Shown piece by piece: positions 28,154 through 38,620 of a DNA stretch of 64,000 bases. This DNA is from an uncultured Actinomycetota bacterium. Lineage in GTDB: Bacteria; Actinomycetota; UBA4738; HRBIN12. Both the position numbers and the translations under genes were made by a program. The notes beneath the pieces were generated by a model that saw nothing but the letters and a program-made list of their open reading frames with translations, was not told the DNA's origin and ran no database searches. The stretch lies in contig CAWJFY010000005.1 of assembly GCA_963842295.1 (NCBI GenBank), positions 192,725 through 256,724 on the forward strand, in the 5' to 3' direction. Numbering within the stretch: the stretch's first letter is position 1; the number at the start of each line of letters is the position of its first letter.

Positions 28154-29037
28154 GCGTCCAGGCGCCCGCTGCCCCCCCGCTTCCGACCACCGCCGAGCCG
28201 CGAGGGGGCCGACGCTCGTTCCTCCGCGCCGGCATCGCGGCCGCCTGCGTCGCCTATGTGGCGGTGCTGCTCTTCCTGCCCCTGGTCGGGATCGTGATCA
28301 CGGCGCTCGACCCGGGGTTCTCGATCGTGACCGACACGTTCTCCCGTCCCGAGGTGCAGCATGCGTTCTGGCTCACGTTCGTGATCACCGTGATCACGGT
28401 CGTCGTGACGACGTTCTTCGGACTCTGCGTCGCGTGGGTCCTCGTCCGTCAGCGGTTCCGCGGCCGTGCCCTGATGAACGCACTGGTCGACCTGCCGTTC
28501 GCCCTCTCGCCGGTGACGGTCGGTCTCGCGTGCGTCCTGCTCTTCGGCACCGGCGGGTGGTTCGCCGACTTCTTCGCGGCGCGTGGGATCCAGATCATCT
28601 TCGCACTGCCCTCGATGGTCCTCGTCACGATCTTCATCTGCATCCCGTTCACGATCCGCGAACTCGTGCCCGTGCTCGAGGAGATCGGGCTGGAAGAGGA
28701 GGACGCGGCCCGCACCCTCGGGGCCTCGATCTGGCAGACGTTCCGCCGGGTCACGTTCCCCAACATCCGCTGGGCGCTCGGCTACGGGATCGCCCTTACC
28801 GTCGCCCGTGCGATCGGCGAGATCGGCGCGGTGCTGATCGTGAGCGGACTGATCCAGGGCAAGACAGAAACCGCGACGATCTACATCTTCAACGCGCTCG
28901 AGGAACGACAGGACGCGCAGGCCTACGTGGTGGCCCTGGCGCTCGCGGCGATCTCCGTCGTCCTACTCGTCGTGATCGAGGGCTTCCGCAGACGCACCCA
29001 ACGAGGCCGAGAAGCGGCAGGAGGCATCGAGGTATGA
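28150..29037 (+). CDS. cysW: sulfate ABC transporter permease CysW
   Basis: The ATG at 28150 overlaps the cysT stop. An EAA-loop-like [15 protein letters not shown] motif is present. Confidence 0.8.
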   Translation: MSVQAPAAPPLPTTAEPRGGRRSFLRAGIAAACVAYVAVLLFLPLVGIVITALDPGFSIVTDTFSRPEVQHAFWLTFVITVITVVVTTFFGLCVAWVLVRQRFRGRALMNALVDLPFALSPVTVGLACVLLFGTGGWFADFFAARGIQIIFALPSMVLVTIFICIPFTIRELVPVLEEIGLEEEDAARTLGASIWQTFRRVTFPNIRWALGYGIALTVARAIGEIGAVLIVSGLIQGKTETATIYIFNALEERQDAQAYVVALALAAISVVLLVVIEGFRRRTQRGREAAGGIEV

Positions 29038-30167
29038 GCACGCCGATCGTGGTGGAGAACCTGACGAAGCGCTTCGGCGACTTCGCGGCGGTGACGGATG
29101 TGTCGTTCACGGCACGTGCCGGCTCGATCACCGCGTTGCTCGGGCCGTCCGGCTCCGGCAAGAGCACGGTGCTGCGCGTGATCGCGGGCTTGGAGCGGCC
29201 GACGGCCGGCCGGATCGTGGTGGGTGACGAGGAGGTCACGGCCAAGAGCGTGCAGGAGCGCGAGGTGGGCTTCGTCTTCCAGCATTACGCCCTGTTCCGG
29301 CACATGACCGTCACGGAGAACGTCGCCTTCGGCCTCAGGGTCCGGAAGGAGTCGAAGGAAACCCGGGACGGTCGCGTGAAGGAGCTCTTGGAGCTCGTCC
29401 AGATGTCGAGGTTCGCCGATCGGTACCCGGAGCAGCTGTCCGGCGGCCAGCGCCAGCGGATCGCGTTGGCTCGCGCCCTCGCCCCCCGCCCGGAAGTGCT
29501 GCTCCTGGACGAGCCGTTCGGGGCGCTCGACGCCAAGGTGCGACAAGACCTCCGTCGCTGGCTCGACGAGCTCCATCGGGAGCTCGGTGTGACCAGCTTG
29601 CTCGTGACGCACGATCAGGAGGAGGCGTTGGAGCTCGCCAACCAGGTGATCGTGATGCACGACGGTCGGGTGGAACAGGCCGGCTCGCCCGCGGACGTCT
29701 ATAACGATCCCGCCACCGCGTTCGTCGCCGGCTTCGTCGGCGCGGCCAACGTGCTGCACGGGCACGTGGTCGACGGACATGTGCACCTCGGGACGGTCCA
29801 GGTGGCCGGGGCAGGTCACCTCGAGGAAGGTGCCGCCGCGGCCGCCTACGTCCGGCCCCACGATGTCCGCGTGTCGGCCGAAGAGACCGGCGTTCGAGGG
29901 ACGATCGAGCGGAGGGCGACGCTCGGATGGCTCGCGCGACTGTCGATCCGGCTGCCCGGCGGAGAGACCCTCGTGGCCCACGTGCCGCACGACGAGCTCG
30001 GCAACGCCAGCGAGGGCGACGAGGTCTGGGTGGATCTCCGGAGCCCGAAGGCGTTCGGCATCGAGCCCGGAACGACGGCACCGGGCGTTCCTCCGGATGC
30101 CAAGACGACCAACGGCGGGATGGCGCAGGTTCCCGGAGAGGGTCCGGTGGTACGTTCGGGTTCGTGA
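29034..30167 (+). CDS. cysA: sulfate ABC transporter ATP-binding protein CysA
   Basis: Walker [10 protein letters not shown], signature LSGGQRQR, and a C-terminal TOBE-like domain. The ATG overlaps the cysW stop. Confidence 0.85.
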   Translation: MSTPIVVENLTKRFGDFAAVTDVSFTARAGSITALLGPSGSGKSTVLRVIAGLERPTAGRIVVGDEEVTAKSVQEREVGFVFQHYALFRHMTVTENVAFGLRVRKESKETRDGRVKELLELVQMSRFADRYPEQLSGGQRQRIALARALAPRPEVLLLDEPFGALDAKVRQDLRRWLDELHRELGVTSLLVTHDQEEALELANQVIVMHDGRVEQAGSPADVYNDPATAFVAGFVGAANVLHGHVVDGHVHLGTVQVAGAGHLEEGAAAAAYVRPHDVRVSAEETGVRGTIERRATLGWLARLSIRLPGGETLVAHVPHDELGNASEGDEVWVDLRSPKAFGIEPGTTAPGVPPDAKTTNGGMAQVPGEGPVVRSGS

Positions 30168-31339
30168 GCCCGTCCGACCTGAAGCCGACGGACCTGATCG
30201 ACATCGATCACCTTCTCTCCGACGAGGAGAAACAGATCCGCGAGGTCGCCCGCGAGTGGGTGCAGCGCCGGATCCTGCCCGAGGTCGAGGACTGGTACGA
30301 GAAGGGCGAGTTCCCGGCGCGCGATCTCGCCAAGGAGCTCGGCGAGCTCGGCTTCTTCCTGATGCAGCTCGACACCGAGTGGACGCTCGGACTCAACTCT
30401 GTGGCCTACGGGTTGGTGGAGCTGGAGATCGAGGCCGGCGACAGCGGTCTGCGCTCATTCGTCTCGGTACAGAGCGCGCTGGCCGGCCACGCCATCTACG
30501 CGTTCGGGAGCGACGAGCAGAGGAACGAGTGGCTGCCGAAGATGGCGTCCGGCGAGACCATCGCGTGCTTCGGGCTCTCGGAGGCCGACTCGGGGAGCGA
30601 TCCGAGCTCGATGCGCACCGTGGCCAAGCGAGACGGCGACGACTGGATCCTGAACGGCACGAAGATGTGGATCACGAACGGCGGCGTGTCGGACATCGCG
30701 ATCGTCTGGGCGCAGACCGATGACGGGGTCCGCGGGTTCATCGTGCCGACCGATACGCCAGGCTTCACGGCGAACGACATCCACAAGAAGATGTCGCTCC
30801 GTGCGTCGGTGACGTCGGAGCTGGTGATGGACGGCGTGCGGCTGCCGGCGGACGCGATGCTCCCCGAGGTGAAGGGGCTCCGCGGACCGCTCTCCTGTCT
30901 GAACGAGGCCCGCTACGGGATCGTCTGGGGCGTGATGGGCGCGGCTCGCTCGTGCTTCGAGACGGCGCTCGAGTACTCGAAGACCCGCGAGCAGTTCGAC
31001 AAGCCGATCGGCTCGTTCCAGCTCACGCAGAAGAAGCTCACGGACATGGGACTCGAGCTGTACAAGGGGACGCTGCTCGCCTACCACCTCGGCCGGCTGA
31101 AGGACGAGAAGGGCCTCGCGCCGGAACAGGTGAGCGTCGGGAAGCTGAACAACACGCGCGAGGCGCTGAAGATCGCCCGGACCTCACGCGGGATCCTCGG
31201 CGCGAACGGCATCACGCTCGAGTACCCGATCATGCGCCACATGACGAACCTTGAATCCGTGATCACCTACGAGGGGACCGAGGAGGTCCACACACTGGTG
31301 ATCGGTGAACAACTGACAGGCCTCAAGGCGTTCACGTAG
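30164..31339 (+). CDS. acyl-CoA dehydrogenase, glutaryl-CoA dehydrogenase-like
   Basis: The GTG overlaps the cysA stop (GTGA). It carries [19 protein letters not shown] and the C-terminus [22 protein letters not shown]. Confidence 0.75.
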   Translation: MSPSDLKPTDLIDIDHLLSDEEKQIREVAREWVQRRILPEVEDWYEKGEFPARDLAKELGELGFFLMQLDTEWTLGLNSVAYGLVELEIEAGDSGLRSFVSVQSALAGHAIYAFGSDEQRNEWLPKMASGETIACFGLSEADSGSDPSSMRTVAKRDGDDWILNGTKMWITNGGVSDIAIVWAQTDDGVRGFIVPTDTPGFTANDIHKKMSLRASVTSELVMDGVRLPADAMLPEVKGLRGPLSCLNEARYGIVWGVMGAARSCFETALEYSKTREQFDKPIGSFQLTQKKLTDMGLELYKGTLLAYHLGRLKDEKGLAPEQVSVGKLNNTREALKIARTSRGILGANGITLEYPIMRHMTNLESVITYEGTEEVHTLVIGEQLTGLKAFT

Positions 31340-31388
31340 TTCGTCCGCTCCTTGCCTCGTCGGATCCGGGCTCGACACTGACCTCCGT

Positions 31389-32420
31389 ATGCTCCGGGTC
31401 GATGCCCGTCCGTGCGTCAGAGGAGTCAGCGTGAATCGGGAACCGTCTGAGGGTTTCTCCCTGCGCGCCGTCAAGCTCTCAGACGCTGAGGCGGTCGCGG
31501 ACGTGATCAACGAGTGCACTCGCGCCGAGATCGGCCTTCCCTGGACGACGCCGGAGGAGGTGCGGAACGAATGGTCCGGGCCCGGCTACGATCTGCCGGC
31601 GGACGCGCTCCTCGTCGACGGGGCTGGCGAAGTCGCGGGCTACCTCCAGCTCTGGTGCGACATCGACCCATACGACGAGCTGGTCTCGCTCGTGTACGTC
31701 CGGCCTCGGTACTGGTCCCGCAGCCTGAGCGCGTTCCTCATCCGGCTCGGAGAGGAGCGCGCGCGCGAACGGATCCACAGGGCCCCTGCCGATCTGCGCG
31801 TCACGCACCAAGTGGCCCGGTTCGCACACAACGAGGCCGCCGGTGCGCTCTTCCGTTCCCTCGACTACGCCTACCTCCAGACGTACTGGATGATGCAGAT
31901 CGAGCTCGGGGACCGGCCGCCGACGCCGCCGGAGCCTGAGGGCATCGTGATCCGGACGTTCGACCCTGAGCGAGACGCGCCCAGAACGCACGCAGCGCTG
32001 GCCGAGGCCTTCCTCGACCATCGGGGTCACGACTTCCCCTCCTACGAGCAGTGGCGCCACCATCACATCGATGGCGAGGCAACGCAGTTCGATCCACAGC
32101 TCTGGTTCGTCGCGGCCGACGGGGAGGAGGTTGTCGGAGCGGCGGTCTGCCGACCGTCGTCCGCCCGCGATCGCGAGTGTGCCGAGGTGGACATCCTCGG
32201 TGTGCGTCGGGGGTGGCGCGGGCGGGGGGTGGGTCTCGCCCTCCTCGGGGCCGCGTTCACGGAGTTCCAACGCCGTGGGATCCCCCGCGCCGAGCTCGGT
32301 GTCGATTCGGAGAACCCGACGGGCGCGACCCGGCTGTACGAGCGCGCCGGCATGCACGTGGCCCACGCATGGGAGACGTGGGAGAAGGAGCTTCGGCCCG
32401 GGACCTCGCTGGCGATCTAG
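31389..32420 (+). CDS. tandem-GNAT acetyltransferase (mycothiol synthase MshD-like architecture)
   Basis: Two GNAT halves are present. The second carries RRGWRGRGVGLALL. The start is uncertain. Confidence 0.55.
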   Translation: MLRVDARPCVRGVSVNREPSEGFSLRAVKLSDAEAVADVINECTRAEIGLPWTTPEEVRNEWSGPGYDLPADALLVDGAGEVAGYLQLWCDIDPYDELVSLVYVRPRYWSRSLSAFLIRLGEERARERIHRAPADLRVTHQVARFAHNEAAGALFRSLDYAYLQTYWMMQIELGDRPPTPPEPEGIVIRTFDPERDAPRTHAALAEAFLDHRGHDFPSYEQWRHHHIDGEATQFDPQLWFVAADGEEVVGAAVCRPSSARDRECAEVDILGVRRGWRGRGVGLALLGAAFTEFQRRGIPRAELGVDSENPTGATRLYERAGMHVAHAWETWEKELRPGTSLAI

Positions 32421-34330
32421 GCGGTGTCGGGACCCATCACGGTCGCCTCCGCGAGGAGCGTGGCTGCGTCCGCGACGCGGATGTCCGAGCCCTTGCCCTT
32501 CGCGGCGTCGTCGAGCATCACCAGGCAGTAGGGACAGGCTGTCGCGACGGTTTCAGCGCCGGTCTCGGCCGCCTCCTCGAATCGTGTGTCGTTGATGCGG
32601 GGCGACTCCTCCTCCATCCACATGCGGGCGCCGCCTGCACCGCAGCAGAAGGACCGCTCGCGGTTCCGTGGCATCTCCTCGATCTCGCCGCCGATCACGT
32701 CGCGAGGGGCGTCGAACTCGCCATTGTGTCGGCCCAGGTAGCAGGCGTCGTGGTACGTGATCTTCCCCTCGCCGGTCCGCGGCTGGAGCCGCCCGGCCGC
32801 GATCAGCTCGGACAGCAGCTGGGTGTGGTGCACGACCTCGTACTTCCCGCCGTAGTCCGGGTACTCGTTCGCCAGTGTGTTGAAGCAGTGCGCGCAGCTC
32901 GCGACGATCTTCGTGACGCCGGCGCCGTTCAGCGTCTCGACGTTCTGCTCGGCGAGCATCTGGAACAGGTACTCGTGACCCATCCGCCGGGCGGGGTCGC
33001 CGGTGCATTTCTCGCGCGGGCCGAGTACCGCCGAATCGATGCCCGCGGCGGCGAGCAACCTCGCCACGCTCTGCGTCGTCTTCTGCGCTCGCTCGTCGAA
33101 CGCGCCCGCGCACCCGACCCAGAACAGGACCTCCGGCGCCGGGTCGCCCTCCTGAAGCACTCGCACGTCGAGGTCCTTCGCCCAATCGAGCCGCGCCGAC
33201 GCCGGCTGGCCCCACGGGTTCTCCTGGTTCTCGACGCCGCGGAGCATCGGGGCGGCTTCTTGCGGGAACCGCGACTCGGCCATCACGAGGTTCCGGCGCA
33301 GGTCGACGATCGTGTCGATGTGCTCGATGTCGACCGGGCACTCGCGCACGCAGGCGCCACACGTCACGCAATCCCACACGACCTGGTCGATCACCGCGTT
33401 CGGCACGAGCGGCTGGAGCTCGACCTCGCCGGCGGCTTCGGCGACCACCCGGTCGCGGAGGTCCATGATCAGCAGCTTCGGTGAGAGCGGCTTGCCGGTT
33501 GCCCACGCGGGGCACGCCTCCTGGCACCGACCGCACTCCGTGCACGAGAACAGGTCGAGCATCTGCTTCTTGGAGAGATCCTTCTGCGTCGCGACGCCGA
33601 AGCGGATGTCCTCCTCGGCGGCTTCGAGGTCGATCCGGTTCGGCTCGAGGCGACCGGTCGGGCCATCCTTCGCGAGCCAGACGTTCGCCGGCGCGGTCGC
33701 GATGTGGAGGTGCTTCGAGCCGGGGAGGAAGACCAGGAAGCCGAGGATCACGAGGAGGTGCGCCCACACGAGGATGCGCTCGGCGATCTCGGTGCCGCTT
33801 CCGGCGCCGAACAGACCGGAGAGGAGGTTCGCGACGGGCCGCGAGTCCGGCACCTCAGCGATCCCGAGCGCGATCCGCGAGGCATTCCACAGCAGGAACG
33901 TCACGACGATCGCCAGGATCAGGAGCAGGATGCGATCGGCCTCCTCCATGTGGCTCCCGCGGAAGCGGTCGGGCTTCAGGACCTTGCGGATGAAGAACGC
34001 CATCGCGACGCCGACGACCACCAGCGTCGCGAAGATGTCCGACACGAACGCGAACCACGACGCGTTGCCGAGGACCGGAAGCGACGATTCCTTGTCGACG
34101 ATCGCGACGGCGGCCTCCGCGATCGTCGGGAGCAGCACGATGAAGCCCCAGAAGATGAACACATGCATCAGGCCGGGCCCTAGCTTCTGGAGGAGCTTCT
34201 TCTGGAGGAAGACGTGGGTGATCTCGCGGGTGACGCGATCGGGGGTAGGGGTGCCGCGTCCGGCCGGACGGGCGTTCGCGACGAGCGCCACGCGCGGCCG
34301 GACGCGGCGCACGAACAGGACGACCGCCAC
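32417..34330 (-). CDS. membrane-bound Fe-S oxidoreductase, EtfD-like (HdrD/GlpC-type CCG domains plus 4Fe-4S ferredoxin motifs)
   Basis: 637 aa. The N-terminal TM region is followed by CTECGRCQEACP and CVTCGACVRECP and by C-terminal Cys-rich CCG repeats. It lies immediately downstream of etfBA. Confidence 0.7.
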   Translation of the reverse strand: MAVVLFVRRVRPRVALVANARPAGRGTPTPDRVTREITHVFLQKKLLQKLGPGLMHVFIFWGFIVLLPTIAEAAVAIVDKESSLPVLGNASWFAFVSDIFATLVVVGVAMAFFIRKVLKPDRFRGSHMEEADRILLLILAIVVTFLLWNASRIALGIAEVPDSRPVANLLSGLFGAGSGTEIAERILVWAHLLVILGFLVFLPGSKHLHIATAPANVWLAKDGPTGRLEPNRIDLEAAEEDIRFGVATQKDLSKKQMLDLFSCTECGRCQEACPAWATGKPLSPKLLIMDLRDRVVAEAAGEVELQPLVPNAVIDQVVWDCVTCGACVRECPVDIEHIDTIVDLRRNLVMAESRFPQEAAPMLRGVENQENPWGQPASARLDWAKDLDVRVLQEGDPAPEVLFWVGCAGAFDERAQKTTQSVARLLAAAGIDSAVLGPREKCTGDPARRMGHEYLFQMLAEQNVETLNGAGVTKIVASCAHCFNTLANEYPDYGGKYEVVHHTQLLSELIAAGRLQPRTGEGKITYHDACYLGRHNGEFDAPRDVIGGEIEEMPRNRERSFCCGAGGARMWMEEESPRINDTRFEEAAETGAETVATACPYCLVMLDDAAKGKGSDIRVADAATLLAEATVMGPDTA

Positions 34331-34359
34331 GACGACGACGGCCGCGAGGGCCGCGGCGG

Positions 34360-35322
34360 CTACGAGCCCGTCCGTCGCTTCTCGATCTCCTCGGTGAGGG
34401 CCGGGACGACCTTGAAGAGGTCACCCACGACGCCCAGGTCCGCGATCTTCAGGATGGGCGCGTCGGGGTCCTTCGTGATCGCCACGATCCGCTTGGCGCC
34501 CTTCATGCCCACCATGTGCTGGAGGGCGCCGCTGATCCCGGCGCAGATGTAGACCTCGGGCTTCACCGTCTTGCCGGTCTGCCCGATCTGGAAGCTGTAC
34601 GGGACCCAGCCGGCGTCGACGGCCGCTCGCGATGCGCCCACGGCGGCGCTCCCGATCGCGGCGGCGAGCTTCTCGAGCTGTTCGAACGCGTCAGGGCCGC
34701 CGAGCCCCCGGCCGCCGGCGACGACGACCTTCGCGTCCTCGAGGCGAGGCCCGGATGCCTCCTCCTCGTGGCGTTCGAGCCGCTCGGCCTTCTTCAGATC
34801 GTCTGGGACATCGGCTTCGACCTCGACGACGTGAGCGGCGCCGCCGGAGGGTTCTGCCGCGAACGACTGCGGGCGGATGAGCACGAGCTTCGGCGCCGGA
34901 CCCTTCAGCTCGACATCCACGATCTTGGTCCCGCCGAGGATCTCGGTGCGAGCCTTGTCCGGCCCGAGGACATCCGTGGCGTTCGCCATCAGCGTCGACC
35001 CGGTGCGCGCCTGCAGCCGCCCGGCGACGTCGCGGGCGTCGTAGGAGGCGGGGAACAGGATCAGGTCGGGATGATGCTCTTCGATCAGGCCGGCAAGGGC
35101 GTGCACCGCCGGTTGCGCGAGGTGTTTCGAGAAGACCTCGTCGTCGCTCGCGTAGACGGTCTGCGCACCGTGCTCGCCGAGCGCGTCGGCCGATGCCTTG
35201 GCGCCGGGACCGAGAGCGACCGCGGCGACCTCGTCGCCGAGGTCCCGCGCCTTCGTGAGGAGCTCGAAGGCACTCGGCGCCGGCCCATCCGGCGTGACGT
35301 CGGCCCAGACCCAGACATTCAT
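34360..35322 (-). CDS. etfA: electron transfer flavoprotein alpha subunit
   Basis: The conserved C-terminal FAD-binding region AVGASRAAVDAGW...QIGQTGKTVKPEVYICAGISGALQH is present. The GTG at 35331 is an alternative start. Confidence 0.85.
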   Translation of the reverse strand: MNVWVWADVTPDGPAPSAFELLTKARDLGDEVAAVALGPGAKASADALGEHGAQTVYASDDEVFSKHLAQPAVHALAGLIEEHHPDLILFPASYDARDVAGRLQARTGSTLMANATDVLGPDKARTEILGGTKIVDVELKGPAPKLVLIRPQSFAAEPSGGAAHVVEVEADVPDDLKKAERLERHEEEASGPRLEDAKVVVAGGRGLGGPDAFEQLEKLAAAIGSAAVGASRAAVDAGWVPYSFQIGQTGKTVKPEVYICAGISGALQHMVGMKGAKRIVAITKDPDAPILKIADLGVVGDLFKVVPALTEEIEKRRTGS

Positions 35323-35340
35323 CTTGGGCACCTTGGCACG

Positions 35341-36111
35341 TCAGATCACCTTCGCTTCTGCCAGCAGGTCGGCGATGCGGGCAGGCGTGGTGTCATCGGC
35401 CTCGATCGTTTCCCCGCCCTGCTTCGGGGGCGCGTTGGACACCTCCGCGACCGTCTGGGTGGCGGTCGTGTCCTCGGCCGATAGGCCGAGATCCGAGACG
35501 CTCAACGTCTCGACCGGCTTCGACTTCGCTGCCATCACGCCTTTCAGCGACGGGTAACGGGGCTCGGTCGCGCCGGCAGTCACCGTGACGACCGCCGGAA
35601 GAGCTGCGGTGACGACGTCGTAGCCGGCCGCGGTCTGCCGCTCGATCTTCAACGAACCGTCCGAAGCCTCGAGCTTGCGCGCGAACGTGAGGCTGGGCAG
35701 GCCGAGCAACTCGGCGATCGCCGCGGACACCGTCCCCGTGTACCCGTCGGTGGACTCGACGCCGCCGATCACGAGGTCGAAGGTCTGGCGACCGACAGCC
35801 GCCGCCAGCACACGGGCCGTGACCAGGGCGTCGGCGCCACGGAGGGAGTCGTCGGTGATCCGAAGGCCCTTGTGTGCGCCCATGGCGAGACCGCGCTGCA
35901 GCGCCGCATGAGCCACCTCGGGACCCATCGTCAGGAGAGTGATCTCGCCGTCGCCCGCCGCCTCCACGAGCTGCAGCGCGGCTTCGAGCCCGTACTCGTC
36001 GCCGGGATCGAGCGCCCCGTCGGCGCCTTCTCGGACAAGCAGCCCGTCCTCGCCGAGCGTGGGTGTGCCCTCGGGCTCGGGTACCCATTTGGTCAAGACG
36101 ACGACGTTCAC
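35341..36111 (-). CDS. etfB: electron transfer flavoprotein beta subunit
   Basis: VNVVVLTKWVPE matches the typical EtfB start, and the length is 256 aa from the GTG at 36111. Confidence 0.8.
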   Translation of the reverse strand: MNVVVLTKWVPEPEGTPTLGEDGLLVREGADGALDPGDEYGLEAALQLVEAAGDGEITLLTMGPEVAHAALQRGLAMGAHKGLRITDDSLRGADALVTARVLAAAVGRQTFDLVIGGVESTDGYTGTVSAAIAELLGLPSLTFARKLEASDGSLKIERQTAAGYDVVTAALPAVVTVTAGATEPRYPSLKGVMAAKSKPVETLSVSDLGLSAEDTTATQTVAEVSNAPPKQGGETIEADDTTPARIADLLAEAKVI

Positions 36112-36180
36112 GCCACCGTCCGCCGATCCTCGCTCACGGGGGCACCGTACCCGCACGGGCCACCCGTCGGCATCTCGCCG

Positions 36181-36726
36181 CTAGGGCAGCTTGGCGAGCG
36201 CACTGATGACACGCTCACGGAGATCGCCATCGCAGTGCTCCCGAACCAGCGCCGACTTGGTCGCCCATGGATCGTCGCCACCGTCCACGTCGAGCCCGTC
36301 GCCACACGCGAGCCGCATGTCGGACCGCCCATCCCAGTCCGGCCCCGGGACCGTGGCGTCGACCCTCACTCGCCGACCGTTCATGAGCAGCTTTGCGTAG
36401 CTGTGGACGTCGGTCAGCCCTTCTGGCGGAACCGCCGTTGTAGCTCCCTCCCCGAATAGTGTCCGAGCGAGATCGGGTGTCAGCCGGTATATGCGATGAA
36501 CGATGAGCGGCTCAAGCTCGGGCCATCGTGTCGCTGCGAGTTCGGTGAGAAGAGCGTGCTTCGTAGAGCAGGTCCCACGCCACTCGGAGACGACGCCAGC
36601 TGGGGTCCGATCATGGGGTCGTCCGTATGGGAGCGAGCGGATCGACTCGACGACATCGACCAACGTGGCCGAGTCGCCCAGACCCGCCTTCTGCCCAAAC
36701 GTCGTCCAGAGTGTGGATTCGCCCAC
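36181..36726 (-). CDS. transglutaminase-like cysteine-peptidase-fold protein
   Basis: 181 aa from the GTG at 36726. The Cys-His-Asp arrangement GTCSTKHALL ... HSYAKLLMNGRRVRVDAT parallels the transglutaminase core. An RBS AAGGGAG is present. Confidence 0.45.
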   Translation of the reverse strand: MGESTLWTTFGQKAGLGDSATLVDVVESIRSLPYGRPHDRTPAGVVSEWRGTCSTKHALLTELAATRWPELEPLIVHRIYRLTPDLARTLFGEGATTAVPPEGLTDVHSYAKLLMNGRRVRVDATVPGPDWDGRSDMRLACGDGLDVDGGDDPWATKSALVREHCDGDLRERVISALAKLP

Positions 36727-36733
36727 GGCGCGC

Positions 36734-37609
36734 TCAGCTCCCTTGGAGGAATGCGTCGAGCTCGTCGCGGGTCGGCATGCCCTCTCGGGCGCCGACCTTC
36801 GTGACAGAGAGGGCGGCCGCGGCCGCCGCACGTTGGGCCGCCGCCGCCAGCTCCAACCCTTCAGCGAGACCCGCCGCGAACACGCCGTTGAAGCAGTCGC
36901 CGGCGCCTGTCGTATCGACGGCATCGACCCGGGGGTTCGCCACCCGTTCCTCCTCGCCGCCTCGATGGATCAACACCCCGTCCTCCCCACGCGTCTCGAC
37001 CACCACCACTCCATCCGGCAGCGAGCCCAGCGCGTCGAGCTCGTGCTCGTTCGGCGTGACGTAGGTCGCCAGTCGCGCAACCTCTCCCACCCAGGGCTGC
37101 ACGGGCGCGGGATTCAGCACGAGCGGCAGCTGATGCTCCTTGCACCATGCCGCCGCGGCTCGGACGGCGCCGTGCGAGACCTCCAGGCTCGCGAGCACGA
37201 CCCCCACTTCGTGCACCTGCTCGAACGCTGACGTCACGTTGCTGGCCGAGAGCTCGGCGTTCGCACCCGGCGCGACCGAGATCTGGTTCTCACCGTCGGG
37301 ACCGACGCAGATCAGTGCGACGCCGGTCGGCACGCCCGGTCGCATGGCCACGGACGTGGCCACCCCTTCGACTCGGAGCGCGTCCAATGCTTCGTGCCCA
37401 AGTGTGTCGTTCCCGACGGCCCCCACGATCACGACGCCGGGGCCGCCGCCGAGGGCTCGCGCCGCGGCCACGGCCTGGTTCCCGCCCTTGCCGCCGTGAT
37501 GCTGCGCGAACACCCCGCCGGTGACCGTGTGACCGGGTGCGGGGAGCGGAGCTCCCGACACGACGAGGTCGACGTTGATCGCGCCGATCACGACGACGGA
37601 GCCCGTCAC
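36734..37609 (-). CDS. rbsK: ribokinase (PfkB family)
   Basis: VVIGAINVDLV, GGKGGNQAVAAA and the C-terminal TTGAGDCFNG are present. The GTG overlaps the upstream stop (GTGA). Confidence 0.8.
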   Translation of the reverse strand: MTGSVVVIGAINVDLVVSGAPLPAPGHTVTGGVFAQHHGGKGGNQAVAAARALGGGPGVVIVGAVGNDTLGHEALDALRVEGVATSVAMRPGVPTGVALICVGPDGENQISVAPGANAELSASNVTSAFEQVHEVGVVLASLEVSHGAVRAAAAWCKEHQLPLVLNPAPVQPWVGEVARLATYVTPNEHELDALGSLPDGVVVVETRGEDGVLIHRGGEEERVANPRVDAVDTTGAGDCFNGVFAAGLAEGLELAAAAQRAAAAAALSVTKVGAREGMPTRDELDAFLQGS

Positions 37610-38613
37610 GCCATCGACTCCACCAGCGATCGCAGTCGCTCGACGAACCGCTTCATGAACGCTTCGTCGTTGACCTCGAGGGCGACGCGCGCGTTCGCCT
37701 CGGCCTCCCAGCCCACCGGCCAGGGGCTCCCGCGGATACCGGTGAGGTCGGCCACGGTCTCGCCGATCGTCCAACGGCCCTCGGTCTCGACCTCGACCCG
37801 GGTCGTCTCGAGACGAGCGAGCGCGGGGTCGATGGCCACGGCCAGCGCGAGCGGGTCGTGCAGACGGCACCCGTCCTCGCCGACGACCGATGCGTAGAAG
37901 TCCATGTAGAAGCTCGTCGCGCCCTCGACGAGCAGCCCGAGCGGCGACCGCGGGGCCGGCGCACAGACGGCGTCGAGGTCGGGCCGCCGCATCACGGCTC
38001 GCTCGGTGATGTCGAGCCCGACACAGATCGGCAAGCGCTCATCGTCTGCCCCGGAGAACCCGGTGAAGACCTCGGCGGCGGCCAACGGATCTACCCAGAT
38101 GTTCGCCTCGGCGGCCGGCGTCACGTTGCCGCCTCGGGCGAACGCCCCGCCCATGAGCGCGAACCCGCCCAACAGTTGCGGAAGTCCCGGCTCCTCGCGA
38201 AGCGCCAGAGCCACGTTGGTGAGCGGGCCGGTCGCGACCAGGAGCACTTCCCCAGGACGCTCGCGCGCCGAGGCCACGATCACGTCGACCGCCGAGCGAT
38301 CCGAGGGCGAAGCCGCGGGCGGTGGGGGGGCGGCCCGGCCGAGCCCGCGTTCCCCGTGGACGATCGGGAACGGGACGTGGTCGCGAGCGAGCGGCCGGGC
38401 CGCCCCCTGCGCCACCTCGACTTCCGGCCTCCCCGCCACCTCCAGCACCGCGAGCGTGTTCTCCGTGGCCTGCTCGACGGAGACGTTCCCCATCACACTC
38501 GTGGCGGCGATCAGGTCGACCTCGGGGGATGCCACGGCGTAGAGCAGCGCGAGCGCGTCGTCGACACCGGTGTCGACGTCCAGGATCAGCGGCACGGGCG
38601 CCATGGCCCGCAC
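37606..38613 (-). CDS. nucleoside hydrolase (IunH/RihA-like)
   Basis: The N-terminal motif LILDVDTGVDDALAL is the calcium-binding DxDxxxDD signature. The start is either the GTG at 38613 or the ATG at 38604. Confidence 0.8.
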   Translation of the reverse strand: MRAMAPVPLILDVDTGVDDALALLYAVASPEVDLIAATSVMGNVSVEQATENTLAVLEVAGRPEVEVAQGAARPLARDHVPFPIVHGERGLGRAAPPPPAASPSDRSAVDVIVASARERPGEVLLVATGPLTNVALALREEPGLPQLLGGFALMGGAFARGGNVTPAAEANIWVDPLAAAEVFTGFSGADDERLPICVGLDITERAVMRRPDLDAVCAPAPRSPLGLLVEGATSFYMDFYASVVGEDGCRLHDPLALAVAIDPALARLETTRVEVETEGRWTIGETVADLTGIRGSPWPVGWEAEANARVALEVNDEAFMKRFVERLRSLVESMA

Positions 38614-38620
38614 AGGGTAC

